A stretch of DNA of 64,000 nucleotides from Thermoanaerobaculia bacterium (GCA_041574955.1 JBFGNS010000003.1:2640-66639); one strand, 5' to 3'; shown: positions 9,115 through 18,672, counted from the stretch's first letter. Numbers and translations: made by a program. Notes: generated by a model from the sequence alone, not told the origin.

Positions 9115-11525
9115 GCGTACGCCGCCGGCCGGCGGCCGGGTCGTGGCGCGTGCTGGTGGTCGCCGCGGCGCTGGCGGCGGCGCCGGCGGCCGCCGAGCCG
9201 GCGGCGGTGCGCATCGGGGTGGTGGTGGACGGTCCCTGGGAGGGCAACCAGGCAGTCCTGGACCTGACGGTGGCGGAGGTGACGGCGCTCACCGCCGGCG
9301 AGTTCGAGGTCGGCTTCCCGGCCGCCGCCCACCTCATCGGCGACTGGACCTTCGACACGGCGCGCGCCAACCTGGAGCGGCTGCTGGCCGACCCCGGCGT
9401 CGACCTGGTGATCACCTGGGGGCTGCTGGCGTCGCACGCGGTGTGCTGCGTGGGCGAGCTGGACAAGCCGGTGGTGGCGCCGGTGGTGGCCGATCCGTTC
9501 TTGCAGGGGCTGCCGCTCGCCGGCGGTGCCAGCGGCGTGCCCAACCTGAGCTACGTCGCGCTCGAGAACGCCACCGCCCGCGAGCTGGCGCTGTTCCAGC
9601 GCATCGTGCCGTTCTCCAAGATCACCTTCCTGAGCACCCGTGAGTTCCTGGAGGCGGTGCCCGACGTGCCGCTGCGCAGCCTCGAGCTGGCGGCGCGCGC
9701 CGGTCTCGAGGCCGATTTCGTCGGCCTCGGCAGCGACCCCGAGGAGGCGCTGGCCGCCATCCCGGGCTCGACCGAGGCGGTCTACGTCTGGCCGCAGTTC
9801 CAGATGGGGGAGGAGGGCTTCCGGCGGCTGGTTGACGGACTCAACGCCCGCAAGCTGCCGAGCTTCTCGGCGCTCGGCGGCCGCTACGTCGAGGCCGGCA
9901 TGCTGGCCACCGCCCAGTCCGACGACTTCTTCCAGCGGCTCAGCCGGCGGGTCGCACTCAACGTGCAGCGCATCCTGCTGGGCGAGCCGCCGGCGTCCAT
10001 ACCGGTCGACTTCCGCTACCGCGAGCGGCTGGCGATCAACATGGCAACCGCCCGCGCCATCGGCGTCTCGCCGGGCTGGGACGTGCTGGTCGAGGCGCGG
10101 CTGCTGCACGCCGAGGAGTCGGGTCTGCCGGCGCTGACGCTCGAGCGCGCCGTCGAGCAGGCGCTGGCCGACAACCCCGAGCTGGCCGCGGCGCGACGTG
10201 AGCTGGCCGCCGGAGAGCAGCAGGTGGCGGCGGCCCGCGCCGCCTTGCGGCCGCGGCTCGAGCTGTCGGGCTCGGCGCTGGCGATCGACGACGACCGCGC
10301 CGCCGCCAGCTTCGGCTCGCAGCCCGAGCGCACCACGCTGGGGTCGCTGGCCCTCGGCCAGCTGGTGTTCTCGGAGCCGGCGCGGGCCAACCTGGAGATC
10401 GAGCGCCGGCTGCAGGCCGGCCGCGAGGCCGACTTCGAGAGCCGCCGGCTGGACCTGGTACGGGAGACGGCGGTGGTCTACCTCAACCTGCTGCGCGCCA
10501 AGACCCTGGTCGAGGTGCAACGCAACAACCTCGAGCTGACGCGCTCCAACCTGGAGCTGGCCGAGCTGCGGCGGGCGATCGGCGCCGCCAACCCGGCCGA
10601 GGTCTACCGCTGGCAGAGCCGCATCGCCACCGATCGTAAGGCGCTGATCGAGGCTCAGGCCAGCCGCCGCATAGCCGAGATCGCGCTCAACCGCCTGCTC
10701 GGCCGGGATCTGGAGGAGCAGTTCCTGACCGAGGAGGTGGACCTCGAGGATCCCGACCTGATCACGGGCCAGGAGCGGTTCCGCGGCTACACCACCACGC
10801 CGCGTCGCTTCCGCCTGCTGCGCGACTTCATGGTCGAGGAAGGGCTGACCGCGGCGCCCGAGCTGCGCCGGCTGGACCGCGCCATCGCCGCCCAGGAACG
10901 CGCGCGGGCCGCCGCGCGGCGCGCCTTCTGGCTGCCGGCGATCGGTCTGCGTGCCGGGGTCGACCAGCGGCTCAGCGCGGCCGGCGCCGGCAGCGCCGGT
11001 GGCCCTGTGCTGCCGGGCCTGGCGTTGCCGCGGGCCGACGACACCAGCTGGAGCCTGGGTCTGTCCGCTTCGCTGCCGCTGTTCGCCGGCGGCGAGCGGC
11101 GGGCCGAGGTCGAGCGCGCCGAGGCCGAGCTCGACCGGCTGGGTCTGGCGTTCGACGCCACCGCCGACCGCATCGAGCAGCGCATCCGCTCCGGCATCGA
11201 GGTGGCGCGCGCCTCGTTCGCCGGCATCGAGCTGTCGCGTGAGGCCTCGGCGGCGGCCCGCAGCAGCCTCGAGCTGGTGGCCGACGCCTACGCCCGCGGA
11301 GCGGTGTCGATCCTCGACCTGCTCGACGTGCAGAACGCGGCGCTCAACGCCGAGCTGCTGGCGGCCAACGCGGTCTACGACTTCTTCGTCGATCTGATGG
11401 AGGTGCAGCGCGCCGCCAGCCGCTTCGACTTCTTCCTCGACATCGGGGCGCGCGACCTGTGGTACCAGCGCCTCGAGCTGTACTTCGATCGGGCCGGCCA
11501 CAGCCCGGGGGAGTCCACCAGATGA
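9111..11525 (+). CDS. Outer-membrane efflux protein (TolC family) with N-terminal ABC_sub_bind-like periplasmic-binding domain
   Basis: GTG at 9111 follows AGGAGG (9101-9106) and overlaps the asnB TGA. Signal peptide RVLVVAAALAAAPAAA. The N-terminal domain of about 320 aa ends in RLAINMATARAIGVSPGWDVLVEA. The C-terminal half has two OEP repeats (LTLERAVEQALADNPEL..., SILDLLDVQNAL...). Confidence 0.8.
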   Translation: MSVRRRPAAGSWRVLVVAAALAAAPAAAEPAAVRIGVVVDGPWEGNQAVLDLTVAEVTALTAGEFEVGFPAAAHLIGDWTFDTARANLERLLADPGVDLVITWGLLASHAVCCVGELDKPVVAPVVADPFLQGLPLAGGASGVPNLSYVALENATARELALFQRIVPFSKITFLSTREFLEAVPDVPLRSLELAARAGLEADFVGLGSDPEEALAAIPGSTEAVYVWPQFQMGEEGFRRLVDGLNARKLPSFSALGGRYVEAGMLATAQSDDFFQRLSRRVALNVQRILLGEPPASIPVDFRYRERLAINMATARAIGVSPGWDVLVEARLLHAEESGLPALTLERAVEQALADNPELAAARRELAAGEQQVAAARAALRPRLELSGSALAIDDDRAAASFGSQPERTTLGSLALGQLVFSEPARANLEIERRLQAGREADFESRRLDLVRETAVVYLNLLRAKTLVEVQRNNLELTRSNLELAELRRAIGAANPAEVYRWQSRIATDRKALIEAQASRRIAEIALNRLLGRDLEEQFLTEEVDLEDPDLITGQERFRGYTTTPRRFRLLRDFMVEEGLTAAPELRRLDRAIAAQERARAAARRAFWLPAIGLRAGVDQRLSAAGAGSAGGPVLPGLALPRADDTSWSLGLSASLPLFAGGERRAEVERAEAELDRLGLAFDATADRIEQRIRSGIEVARASFAGIELSREASAAARSSLELVADAYARGAVSILDLLDVQNAALNAELLAANAVYDFFVDLMEVQRAASRFDFFLDIGARDLWYQRLELYFDRAGHSPGESTR

Positions 11526-12625
11526 GAGCTACCGCCGCCACCGCCGTCCTGCCGTTCGTCTGGCTGCTCGCCGGCTGTGCCGGCGAGCCGGAGCCGCCGG
11601 CGCCCGAGATCCGGCCGGTGCGCACGCACCGCGTCGCGCCGAGCGAGGGCGCCGAGCTGCGCACCCTGGCCGGCGTCGCCCGCGCCGGCGTCGAGTCGCG
11701 TCTGAGCTTCCGCGTCGGCGGCACCGTGCAGCAGCTGCGGGCGGCGCTCGGCGACCGTGTGCGCGCCGGTCACGTGCTGGCGGTGCTCGATCCGGCCGAC
11801 TACGAGCTGCAGGTCGAGGAGGCCGAAGCGGCGCTGGCGCAGAGCCAGGCCGGCCTGCGGCGTGCCGAGGCCGACTACGACCGTGTGCGCGCGCTGTACG
11901 AGAACAACAACGCCTCGAAGAGCGAGCTGGACGCCGCCCGCGCCGCGGCCGAGTCGGCCGAGGCGGTGGTGGAGAGCGGCGCCAAGCGGCTCGAGCTGGC
12001 CCGCCGTCAGGTCGACTACACGGTGCTCAGGGCGCCCAGCGACGGGGCGATCGCGATGGTCACCGTCGAGGTCAACGAGAACGTGCGCAGCGGCCAGGAG
12101 GTGGTGCTGCTGGTCATCGGCAGCCACCCCGAGGTGCAGGTGGCGGTGCCCGAGGTGCTGATTCCGCGGGTCTACGCCGGCCAGCCGGTGACGGTCGAGC
12201 TGGCCGCGCTTGGTGGCCGCCGCCTCGACGGCGTGGTGAGCGAGGTGGGGGTCGCGATGACCGGCACCGCGAGCACCTTCACCGTTACCGTGCGGCTGGT
12301 GGACGCCCACCCTGCGATCCGCTCCGGCATGGCGGCCGACGTCACCTTCCGGCTGGTCGACGAGAACGCCAGCGAGCGGCTGTTGGTGCCGCCGGTGGCG
12401 GTGGGCGAGGACCGTCATGGGCGGTACGTGTTCGTGGTGCGCCAGCTCGACGACGGCACCGCGCGCGTCGAGCGCCGCGGCGTCACCGTCGCCGCCAGCG
12501 GCGGCGTCGGCGGCATCGAGATCGTCGACGGCCTGGAAGCCGGCGAGCTGATCGTCACCGCCGGCCTGCGCCGCATGTCCGAGGGGATGCGGGTGCGGCC
12601 GGTCGATGCCGGAGAGCCGATGTGA
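11522..12625 (+). CDS. RND efflux periplasmic adaptor (MFP/HlyD family) lipoprotein
   Basis: Lipobox LLAGC; coiled-coil hairpin region (ELQVEEAEAALAQSQAGLRRAEADYDR); beta-barrel region. ATGA overlap with the upstream gene. Confidence 0.9.
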   Translation: MRATAATAVLPFVWLLAGCAGEPEPPAPEIRPVRTHRVAPSEGAELRTLAGVARAGVESRLSFRVGGTVQQLRAALGDRVRAGHVLAVLDPADYELQVEEAEAALAQSQAGLRRAEADYDRVRALYENNNASKSELDAARAAAESAEAVVESGAKRLELARRQVDYTVLRAPSDGAIAMVTVEVNENVRSGQEVVLLVIGSHPEVQVAVPEVLIPRVYAGQPVTVELAALGGRRLDGVVSEVGVAMTGTASTFTVTVRLVDAHPAIRSGMAADVTFRLVDENASERLLVPPVAVGEDRHGRYVFVVRQLDDGTARVERRGVTVAASGGVGGIEIVDGLEAGELIVTAGLRRMSEGMRVRPVDAGEPM

Positions 12626-15600
12626 GCCTGACGCGCTCGGCCATCGACAACGACCGGGTCACCCTGGTGCTGCTGGCAGTGCTGCTGGTGGCCGGCATCC
12701 AGGCCTACCTGGGCATGCCGCAGGCCGAGGATCCGGGTTTCACCATCCGCACCGCGATGGTGCTGACCTACTTTCCCGGCGCCAGCCCGCAGCGCGTCGA
12801 ACAGCTGGTCACCGACAAGCTGGAGAAGGCGATCCAGGAGCTGCCGCAGCTCGAGTCGGTGGTCAGTCAGTCGAAGACCGGCGTGTCGATCGTGCTGGTC
12901 AACATCCTGGAGAGCTACCGCGAGATGCGGCCGATCTGGGACGATCTGCGCCGCAAGGTCGACCGCGCGGCCGGCGAGCTGCCCGACGGCGTCATCGGGC
13001 CGACGGTCAACGACGAGTTCGGCGACGTCTTCGGCACGGTGGTCACCGTCGCCGGCGACGGCTACTCCTACGCCGACCTCAAGCGCATCGCCGACGAGGT
13101 GCGCGACGAGCTGCTGCTGATCGGGGAGGTGGCCAAGGTCGACATCTTCGGCGCCCAGCAGGAACGGGTGTTCGTCGAGTACTCGAACGCCCGGCTGGCG
13201 GAGCTCGGCCTGGCGCCGCTGCAGCTGCGCAACATCCTGGAGAGCCGCAACATCATCAACCCCGGCGGCGATATCCGCACCGACGAGGAGGTGATCGTCT
13301 TCGAGCCCACCGGCAGCTTCGAGTCGGTGGAGGACCTCAAGCGCACGGTCATCACCCTGCCGGGGCGCAGCGAGCTGCTCTACCTGCAGGACGTGGCGAC
13401 GATCTACCGCGGCTACGTCGACCCGCCGACCACCCGCATGCGCGCCAGCGGCGAGCCGGCGCTGGCGCTGGCGGTGTCGCTCAGGGAGGGCGGCAACATC
13501 CTCGACCTCGGCTCGGCGGTCGCGAGCACGGTCGAGCAGCTCCGCACCATCTACCCGGTGGGAGTCGACTTCGACTTCGTGGCGTTCCAGGCGCAGGCGG
13601 TCGACCGCAAGGTGTCCGACTTCCTCGGCAATCTGGTGCAGGCGGTGGCCATCGTGCTGGCGGTGATGCTGCTGAGCCTCGGCCCGCGCACCGGGCTGGT
13701 GGTGGCCAGCCTGATCCCGATGGCGATGGTCGCCAGCTTCATCTTCATGGCGCTGTTCGACGTCGGCATCAACCAGATGTCGCTGGCGGCGCTGATCATC
13801 GCGCTCGGCTTGCTGGTGGACAACGCCATCGTGATGTCGGAGTCGATCCTGGTCCAGATGGGGGAGGGCAGGCCGGCGGTCGAGGCGGCGGTGGATTCGG
13901 CCGCCGAGCTGCGCATGCCGCTGCTGACCTCGTCGCTGACCACCGCCGCCGCCTTCCTGCCGATCGCCCTGGCGCGCTCGACCACCGGCGAGTACACCCA
14001 GACGCTTTTCCAGGTGGTGACCATCACCCTGCTGTGCTCGTGGGTGCTGTCGCTGACCATGGTTCCGCTGCTGTGCGTGCTGTTTCTCAGACCGCGCCGG
14101 CGGGCGCCGGCGGCCGCCTTCGACACGCCGTTCTACCAGCGCTACCGCCGGCTCCTGGTGGCCGTGCTGCGCCGTCCGTGGCTCAGCCTGGCGCTGGTGG
14201 CGCTGGTGTTCTTCGGCGCCCTGCAGCTGATGCGGCTGGTGCCCAAGATCTTCTTCCCGCCCAACGACCGGCCGACGCTGCTGGCCGAGCTGCGGCTGCC
14301 GACCGGCTCGCCGCTGTCGGCGACCGAGGCGCTGGTGGTGGAGGTGGAGGGTTTCCTGCGCGAGGAGCTGCTGCTGGCGCCGGCCGACCTGGCGGCCGGT
14401 GACGAGGGCGTCGTCAACTGGGCCAGCTTCATCGGCGAGGGCGCGCCGCGCTTCTTTCTCTCGTACACGCCGGAGCCGGCGAGCCCGGAGTTCGCCGTGC
14501 TGGTGATCAACGCCACGTCGCGCGAGTTCGTCGACGTCGCGGTCGGCCGGCTGCGGGAGTTCTGCCGCCGCTTCCCCGGCCTCAAGGCGCAGATCGACCC
14601 GCTGCCGCTGGGGCCGCCGGCGGCCAACCCGGTGGAGGTGCGCATCTCGGGCCGCGACTCCGAGGAGCTGTTCGGGCTGGTGGCGGTGGTGCAGGAGCGG
14701 CTGCGCGCCATCCCGGGCACGCGCTCGATCGACGACGACTGGGGGGCGCGGTCGAAGAAGGTGGTGGTGCGCATCGACGAGGCGCGCGCCCGCCGCGCCG
14801 GGGTCAGCAACCAGGATGTGGCGCTGTCGCTGCAGACGGTGTTCTCGGGCTTCAACACCACCGAGTACCGCGAGGACGACAAGGTCATCCCGGTGGTGCT
14901 GCGCTCCGAGCAGGCGGGCGCGATCGACCCGGCGTCGTTCGCCAGCGTCAACGTCTTCTCGCAGGCCACCGGCCGGTCGGTGCCGCTGGCCCAGGTGGCG
15001 GAGATCGAGCTCGCCTGGCAGCCCGCCAACATTCGGCGGCGCAACCGGCTGCGCACGGTGACCGTGACCTCGGACGTGGAGCCCGGCTACACCGCCAACG
15101 AGGTGATCCAGCAGCTCGAGCCCTGGTTGGCCGAGTCGAGCCAGGGTTGGCCGCGCGGCACAGGCTGGGAGATCGGCGGCGAGCAGGAGGCTTCGAACAA
15201 GGCCAACCGCTCGATCGTGGCGCAGCTGCCGGTCGCCGGGCTGATCATCGTGCTGCTGCTGGTAGCGCAGTTCAACTCCATCCGCCGGCCGCTGATCATC
15301 CTGATCGCCATCCCGCTGGGGATCATCGGCGTGTCCGTCGGGCTGGTGGTGATGCGCTCCTACATCGGCTTCATGACCCTGCTTGGCATCATCTCGCTGT
15401 CGGGAATCGTCATCAACAACGCCATCGTGCTGCTCGACCGCATCCGGCTGCAGGAGCAGGTGCACGGCTCGAGCCCGCAGCAGGCGGTGATCGAGGCGGC
15501 GCAGCGCCGGCTGCGGCCGATCCTGCTCACCACCTTCACCACCCTCGGAGGGCTGATACCGCTCTATATCGGTGGCGGACCGATGTACCAGCCGATGGCA

Positions 15601-15723
15601 GTGGCGATCATGTTCGGGCTGCTGTTCGGCACCACCCTGACGCTCGGCATCGTGCCGGTGCTGTACGCGGTGATGTTCCGGGTGAGCTTCCGCGACTTCG
15701 CCCCCGGCGGGGCGGCGAGCTGA
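12622..15723 (+). CDS. RND efflux permease (AcrB/HAE family)
   Basis: 1033 aa with typical AcrB-family N-terminus and transmembrane repeats (LAALIIALGLLVDNAIVMSE; GIISLSGIVINNAIVLLD). GTGA overlap with the adaptor gene. Confidence 0.95.
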   Translation: MSLTRSAIDNDRVTLVLLAVLLVAGIQAYLGMPQAEDPGFTIRTAMVLTYFPGASPQRVEQLVTDKLEKAIQELPQLESVVSQSKTGVSIVLVNILESYREMRPIWDDLRRKVDRAAGELPDGVIGPTVNDEFGDVFGTVVTVAGDGYSYADLKRIADEVRDELLLIGEVAKVDIFGAQQERVFVEYSNARLAELGLAPLQLRNILESRNIINPGGDIRTDEEVIVFEPTGSFESVEDLKRTVITLPGRSELLYLQDVATIYRGYVDPPTTRMRASGEPALALAVSLREGGNILDLGSAVASTVEQLRTIYPVGVDFDFVAFQAQAVDRKVSDFLGNLVQAVAIVLAVMLLSLGPRTGLVVASLIPMAMVASFIFMALFDVGINQMSLAALIIALGLLVDNAIVMSESILVQMGEGRPAVEAAVDSAAELRMPLLTSSLTTAAAFLPIALARSTTGEYTQTLFQVVTITLLCSWVLSLTMVPLLCVLFLRPRRRAPAAAFDTPFYQRYRRLLVAVLRRPWLSLALVALVFFGALQLMRLVPKIFFPPNDRPTLLAELRLPTGSPLSATEALVVEVEGFLREELLLAPADLAAGDEGVVNWASFIGEGAPRFFLSYTPEPASPEFAVLVINATSREFVDVAVGRLREFCRRFPGLKAQIDPLPLGPPAANPVEVRISGRDSEELFGLVAVVQERLRAIPGTRSIDDDWGARSKKVVVRIDEARARRAGVSNQDVALSLQTVFSGFNTTEYREDDKVIPVVLRSEQAGAIDPASFASVNVFSQATGRSVPLAQVAEIELAWQPANIRRRNRLRTVTVTSDVEPGYTANEVIQQLEPWLAESSQGWPRGTGWEIGGEQEASNKANRSIVAQLPVAGLIIVLLLVAQFNSIRRPLIILIAIPLGIIGVSVGLVVMRSYIGFMTLLGIISLSGIVINNAIVLLDRIRLQEQVHGSSPQQAVIEAAQRRLRPILLTTFTTLGGLIPLYIGGGPMYQPMAVAIMFGLLFGTTLTLGIVPVLYAVMFRVSFRDFAPGGAAS

Positions 15724-15805
15724 AACCCTGGGGCCGGGAAAGCGGTAGAGTTTCTCGAGGGGGCGACCGCCGAGGGGCGCGCTCCGCAACCGATTGGAGG
15801 TCCCG

Positions 15806-17674
15806 ATGACGGCTCGCAAACCGGGCAGGTTCCTGCGCTTCGCCGGCGCGGTGTGGCGGGGTGTCGATCTCGCCAGCCGCCTGGTGCTGGCGCTTCTCGT
15901 GATAGCGGTGGTGGTCGCCCTCGCCATGCTGCTGCGCGGCCAGCCCCCCGAGGTGCCCGACGGCGCGGCGTTGGTGGTCGCACCGAGCGGCGTGCTGGTC
16001 GAGGAGCTCAGCGGCGACCCGACCGACCGGGCGCTCGACGAGCTCACCGGCCAGGCGGTCGCCGAGACCCTGTGGCGCGATCTCGACGATGCCATCCGCG
16101 CTGCCGCCGGCGACGACCGCATCCGGGTGCTGGTGCTGGACCTCGACGGCATGGTGGGCGGCGGTCTCGAGAAGCTGCAGGCGCTCGGCGCCGCCATCGA
16201 CGAGTTCAAGCAGAGCGAGAAGCCGGTGATCGCGAGCGCCGACTTCTACGGCCGCGACGCCTACTACCTGGCCTCGGCCGCCGACGAGATCTACCTGAAC
16301 CCCGAAGGGGCGGCGGTGCTCGACGGCTACGGCCGCTACCGCACCTACTACAAGGAGGGCATCGACCGCCTGGAGATCGACTGGAACGTCTTTCGCGTCG
16401 GCGAGTACAAGTCGGCGGTCGAGCCGTTCCTGCGTAACGACATGTCGCCGGAGGCGCGCCAGGCGAACCGAGAGTGGCTGGGTGATCTGTGGAGCTCTTG
16501 GACCGCCGACGTGTCGGCGGCGCGCGGCATGACGCTGGCCGAGCTGGGCGCCGTCATCGACGGCTTCGTGATGCGGGTTGCCGAGGCCGATGGCGACCTG
16601 GCGCAGGCGGCGCTCGCCGCGCGCCTGGTCGACCACCTGGCCAGCCGCGACCAGGTGCGGGACCGGCTGATCGAGCTGGTGGGCGAGGACGAGGAGACGC
16701 ATTCGTTCCACCAGGTCGGGCACCGTGCCTACCTGGCAGCGCTGGGCGACGATCGGCGGCGCCGGCCGGTGGAAGGCAACGGCGTGGCGGTGGTGATCGC
16801 CAAGGGCACCATCCTCGACGGCAGCCAGCCACCGGGAGCGATCGGCGGCGACTCGACCGCCGCCCTGGTGCGTGACGCCCGCCACGACGACGCCAACAAG
16901 GCGATCGTCCTGCGGGTCGACTCCGGCGGCGGCAGCGCTTTCGCCTCGGAGGTGATCCGCCGCGAGCTGGAGCTGGCGCGCGAGGCGGGCAAGAAGGTGG
17001 TGGTGTCGATGGGCACGGTGGCGGCCTCGGGCGGCTACTGGATCTCGACCGCCTCGGACGAGATCTGGGCCAGCCCGACCACCATCACAGGCTCGATCGG
17101 CATCTTCGGCATGCTGCCGACCTTCCAGAAGCCGATGCAGAAGTACCTCGGCTGGCGGGTGGACGGCGTCGGCACCAACTGGCTGGCGGGTGCGCTGAGG
17201 GTCGACCGGGCGCTCGATCCAGGGCTCGCCGAGATGATCCAGCTGATGATCGAGGACGGTTACCGGGACTTCCTGGAGCGGGTCGCCGAGGCGCGCGACT
17301 CGACGCCGGAGCAGATCGACCAGATCGCCCGCGGCCGCGTGTGGAGCGGCGCCAACGCCCTCGAGCTGGGGCTGGTGGACCACCTCGGCGGCCTCGACGA
17401 GGCCGTCGCTTCCGCCGCCCGGCTGGCCGAGCTGGGCGAGAACTACGCGGTGCGCTACGTCCAGCGCCAGCCCGGCTTCGGCGAACGGCTGCTGCGCAAC
17501 CTGCTGAGCCGTGCCGGCGGCCGTCTCGCTCCCGAGCTGCGCCCGGCGCGGCGCGGCCACGCCGCGCCGGTGCGCGACTCGCTGCTCGAGCTGCTGCGGC
17601 GCGAGGCCGAGACGCTGGCGGCGCTCAACGATCCCAGCGGGGTCTACGCCCTGTGCTTCTGCGCCGTCGAGTGA
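15806..17674 (+). CDS. sppA: Signal peptide peptidase SppA, 67K type
   Basis: Two S49 domains with the Ser-nucleophile context MGTVAASGGYWIS; N-terminal TM segment. ATG at 15806 lies 5 nt after GGAGG. Confidence 0.9.
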   Translation: MTARKPGRFLRFAGAVWRGVDLASRLVLALLVIAVVVALAMLLRGQPPEVPDGAALVVAPSGVLVEELSGDPTDRALDELTGQAVAETLWRDLDDAIRAAAGDDRIRVLVLDLDGMVGGGLEKLQALGAAIDEFKQSEKPVIASADFYGRDAYYLASAADEIYLNPEGAAVLDGYGRYRTYYKEGIDRLEIDWNVFRVGEYKSAVEPFLRNDMSPEARQANREWLGDLWSSWTADVSAARGMTLAELGAVIDGFVMRVAEADGDLAQAALAARLVDHLASRDQVRDRLIELVGEDEETHSFHQVGHRAYLAALGDDRRRRPVEGNGVAVVIAKGTILDGSQPPGAIGGDSTAALVRDARHDDANKAIVLRVDSGGGSAFASEVIRRELELAREAGKKVVVSMGTVAASGGYWISTASDEIWASPTTITGSIGIFGMLPTFQKPMQKYLGWRVDGVGTNWLAGALRVDRALDPGLAEMIQLMIEDGYRDFLERVAEARDSTPEQIDQIARGRVWSGANALELGLVDHLGGLDEAVASAARLAELGENYAVRYVQRQPGFGERLLRNLLSRAGGRLAPELRPARRGHAAPVRDSLLELLRREAETLAALNDPSGVYALCFCAVE

Positions 17675-17749
17675 AGGCGGGTGCGCCGGGCGGGCGGAAC
17701 TTCTGCCGCTCCCGGGCGTAGTAGCTGACAGCAAGAGGAGGATCGAGCC

Positions 17750-18616
17750 ATGCCCACCAAGCGACTGGGAACCGCCGTCCTGATCGTGATCGCCGCCGGA
17801 GCCGCAGCGCTGGTCGCGCTGCCGGCCTGGCTGGCCGCGCAACCCGCCGACGCCGGCGCGGCGACGCCGCCGGAGCCCGAGCTGACGGCGCGCGGCTTTC
17901 TCGGCGTCGCCGTGCACGACCTGACGCCCGAGCTGCGGCGCCACTTCGGCGTCGAGGGCGCCGGCGGCCTGCTGGTGGCGTCGGTGGCGGGCGGCAGCCC
18001 GGCGGCGGCGGCCGGCATCGAGGTCGGCGACGTGCTGGTGGCGGTGGCGGGCAGCGAGGTCGCCTCGTCGCGGCAGCTGCGCCGAGCGATCCGGCGGCTG
18101 GGCGGCGAGACGGTCACCGTCGAGCTGGTACGCGACGGTACGCCGCGGCGGCACGAGGTGACGCTGGGCGAGCGGCCGATGGCGGCGATCGGTGCGGCCG
18201 AAGTCTGGCCGCCGGACGGCACCGGTAGCTGGAACGCCGGGCAGTGGCAGGAGTGGGCGGAGCACTGGCAGGGGTGGGGTGAGCAGATGGCCGAGACCTG
18301 GGGCCGCTTCGGCGCCGAGATGGGCGAGGAGTGGGGTCGCCGGGGCGCCGAGATGGGCGAGCTCGGAGCCGAGATGGGCGGCCTGGGCGCCGACATCGGG
18401 CTCGAGGTGGCGCGCGCCATGGCCGAGATCGACTGGAGCGAGCTGGGGCTCGGTGTCGAGCGCTCGATGCGGTCGCTCGAAGAGGTCGACTGGGAGGAGA
18501 TCTCCCGCCAGATCGAGCGCAGCCTCGAGCAGGCCGGCAGAGAGATCGAGCGCAGCCTCGAGCAGATGGATCGCGAGCTCGATCGCGCCGAAGCCGAGCG
18601 CGACCCGAAAGACTGA
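17750..18616 (+). CDS. Secreted/membrane PDZ-domain protein with W/E/G/M-rich repetitive C-terminal tail
   Basis: Signal/TM segment; PDZ region (FLGVAVHDLTPELRRHFG...GLLVASVAGGSPAAAAGIEVGDVLVAVAG). The tail holds GAEMG repeats and a duplicated IERSLEQ unit. Shine-Dalgarno sequence GAGGAGGA upstream. Confidence 0.8.
   Translation: MPTKRLGTAVLIVIAAGAAALVALPAWLAAQPADAGAATPPEPELTARGFLGVAVHDLTPELRRHFGVEGAGGLLVASVAGGSPAAAAGIEVGDVLVAVAGSEVASSRQLRRAIRRLGGETVTVELVRDGTPRRHEVTLGERPMAAIGAAEVWPPDGTGSWNAGQWQEWAEHWQGWGEQMAETWGRFGAEMGEEWGRRGAEMGELGAEMGGLGADIGLEVARAMAEIDWSELGLGVERSMRSLEEVDWEEISRQIERSLEQAGREIERSLEQMDRELDRAEAERDPKD
18510..18565 (+). repeat. Perfect 23-bp direct repeat (period 33 bp) inside the PDZ-protein tail
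   Basis: AGATCGAGCGCAGCCTCGAGCAG occurs at 18510-18532 and again at 18543-18565, encoding the IERSLEQ duplication. Confidence 0.9.
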
Positions 18617-18642
18617 TCCGTCCGGCTCGGCCGGAGCGCTGC

Positions 18643-18672
18643 GGGCCGCTCTCGAAGCGGCCCGTTTCTTTC
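18643..18672 (+). terminator. Rho-independent terminator candidate after the PDZ gene
   Basis: Stem GGGCCGC, loop TCTCGAA, stem GCGGCCC, followed by GTTTCTTTC. A second perfect 8-bp hairpin, TCAGCGCC-GGTTTTTT-GGCGCTGA, lies at 18684-18707. Confidence 0.6.
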
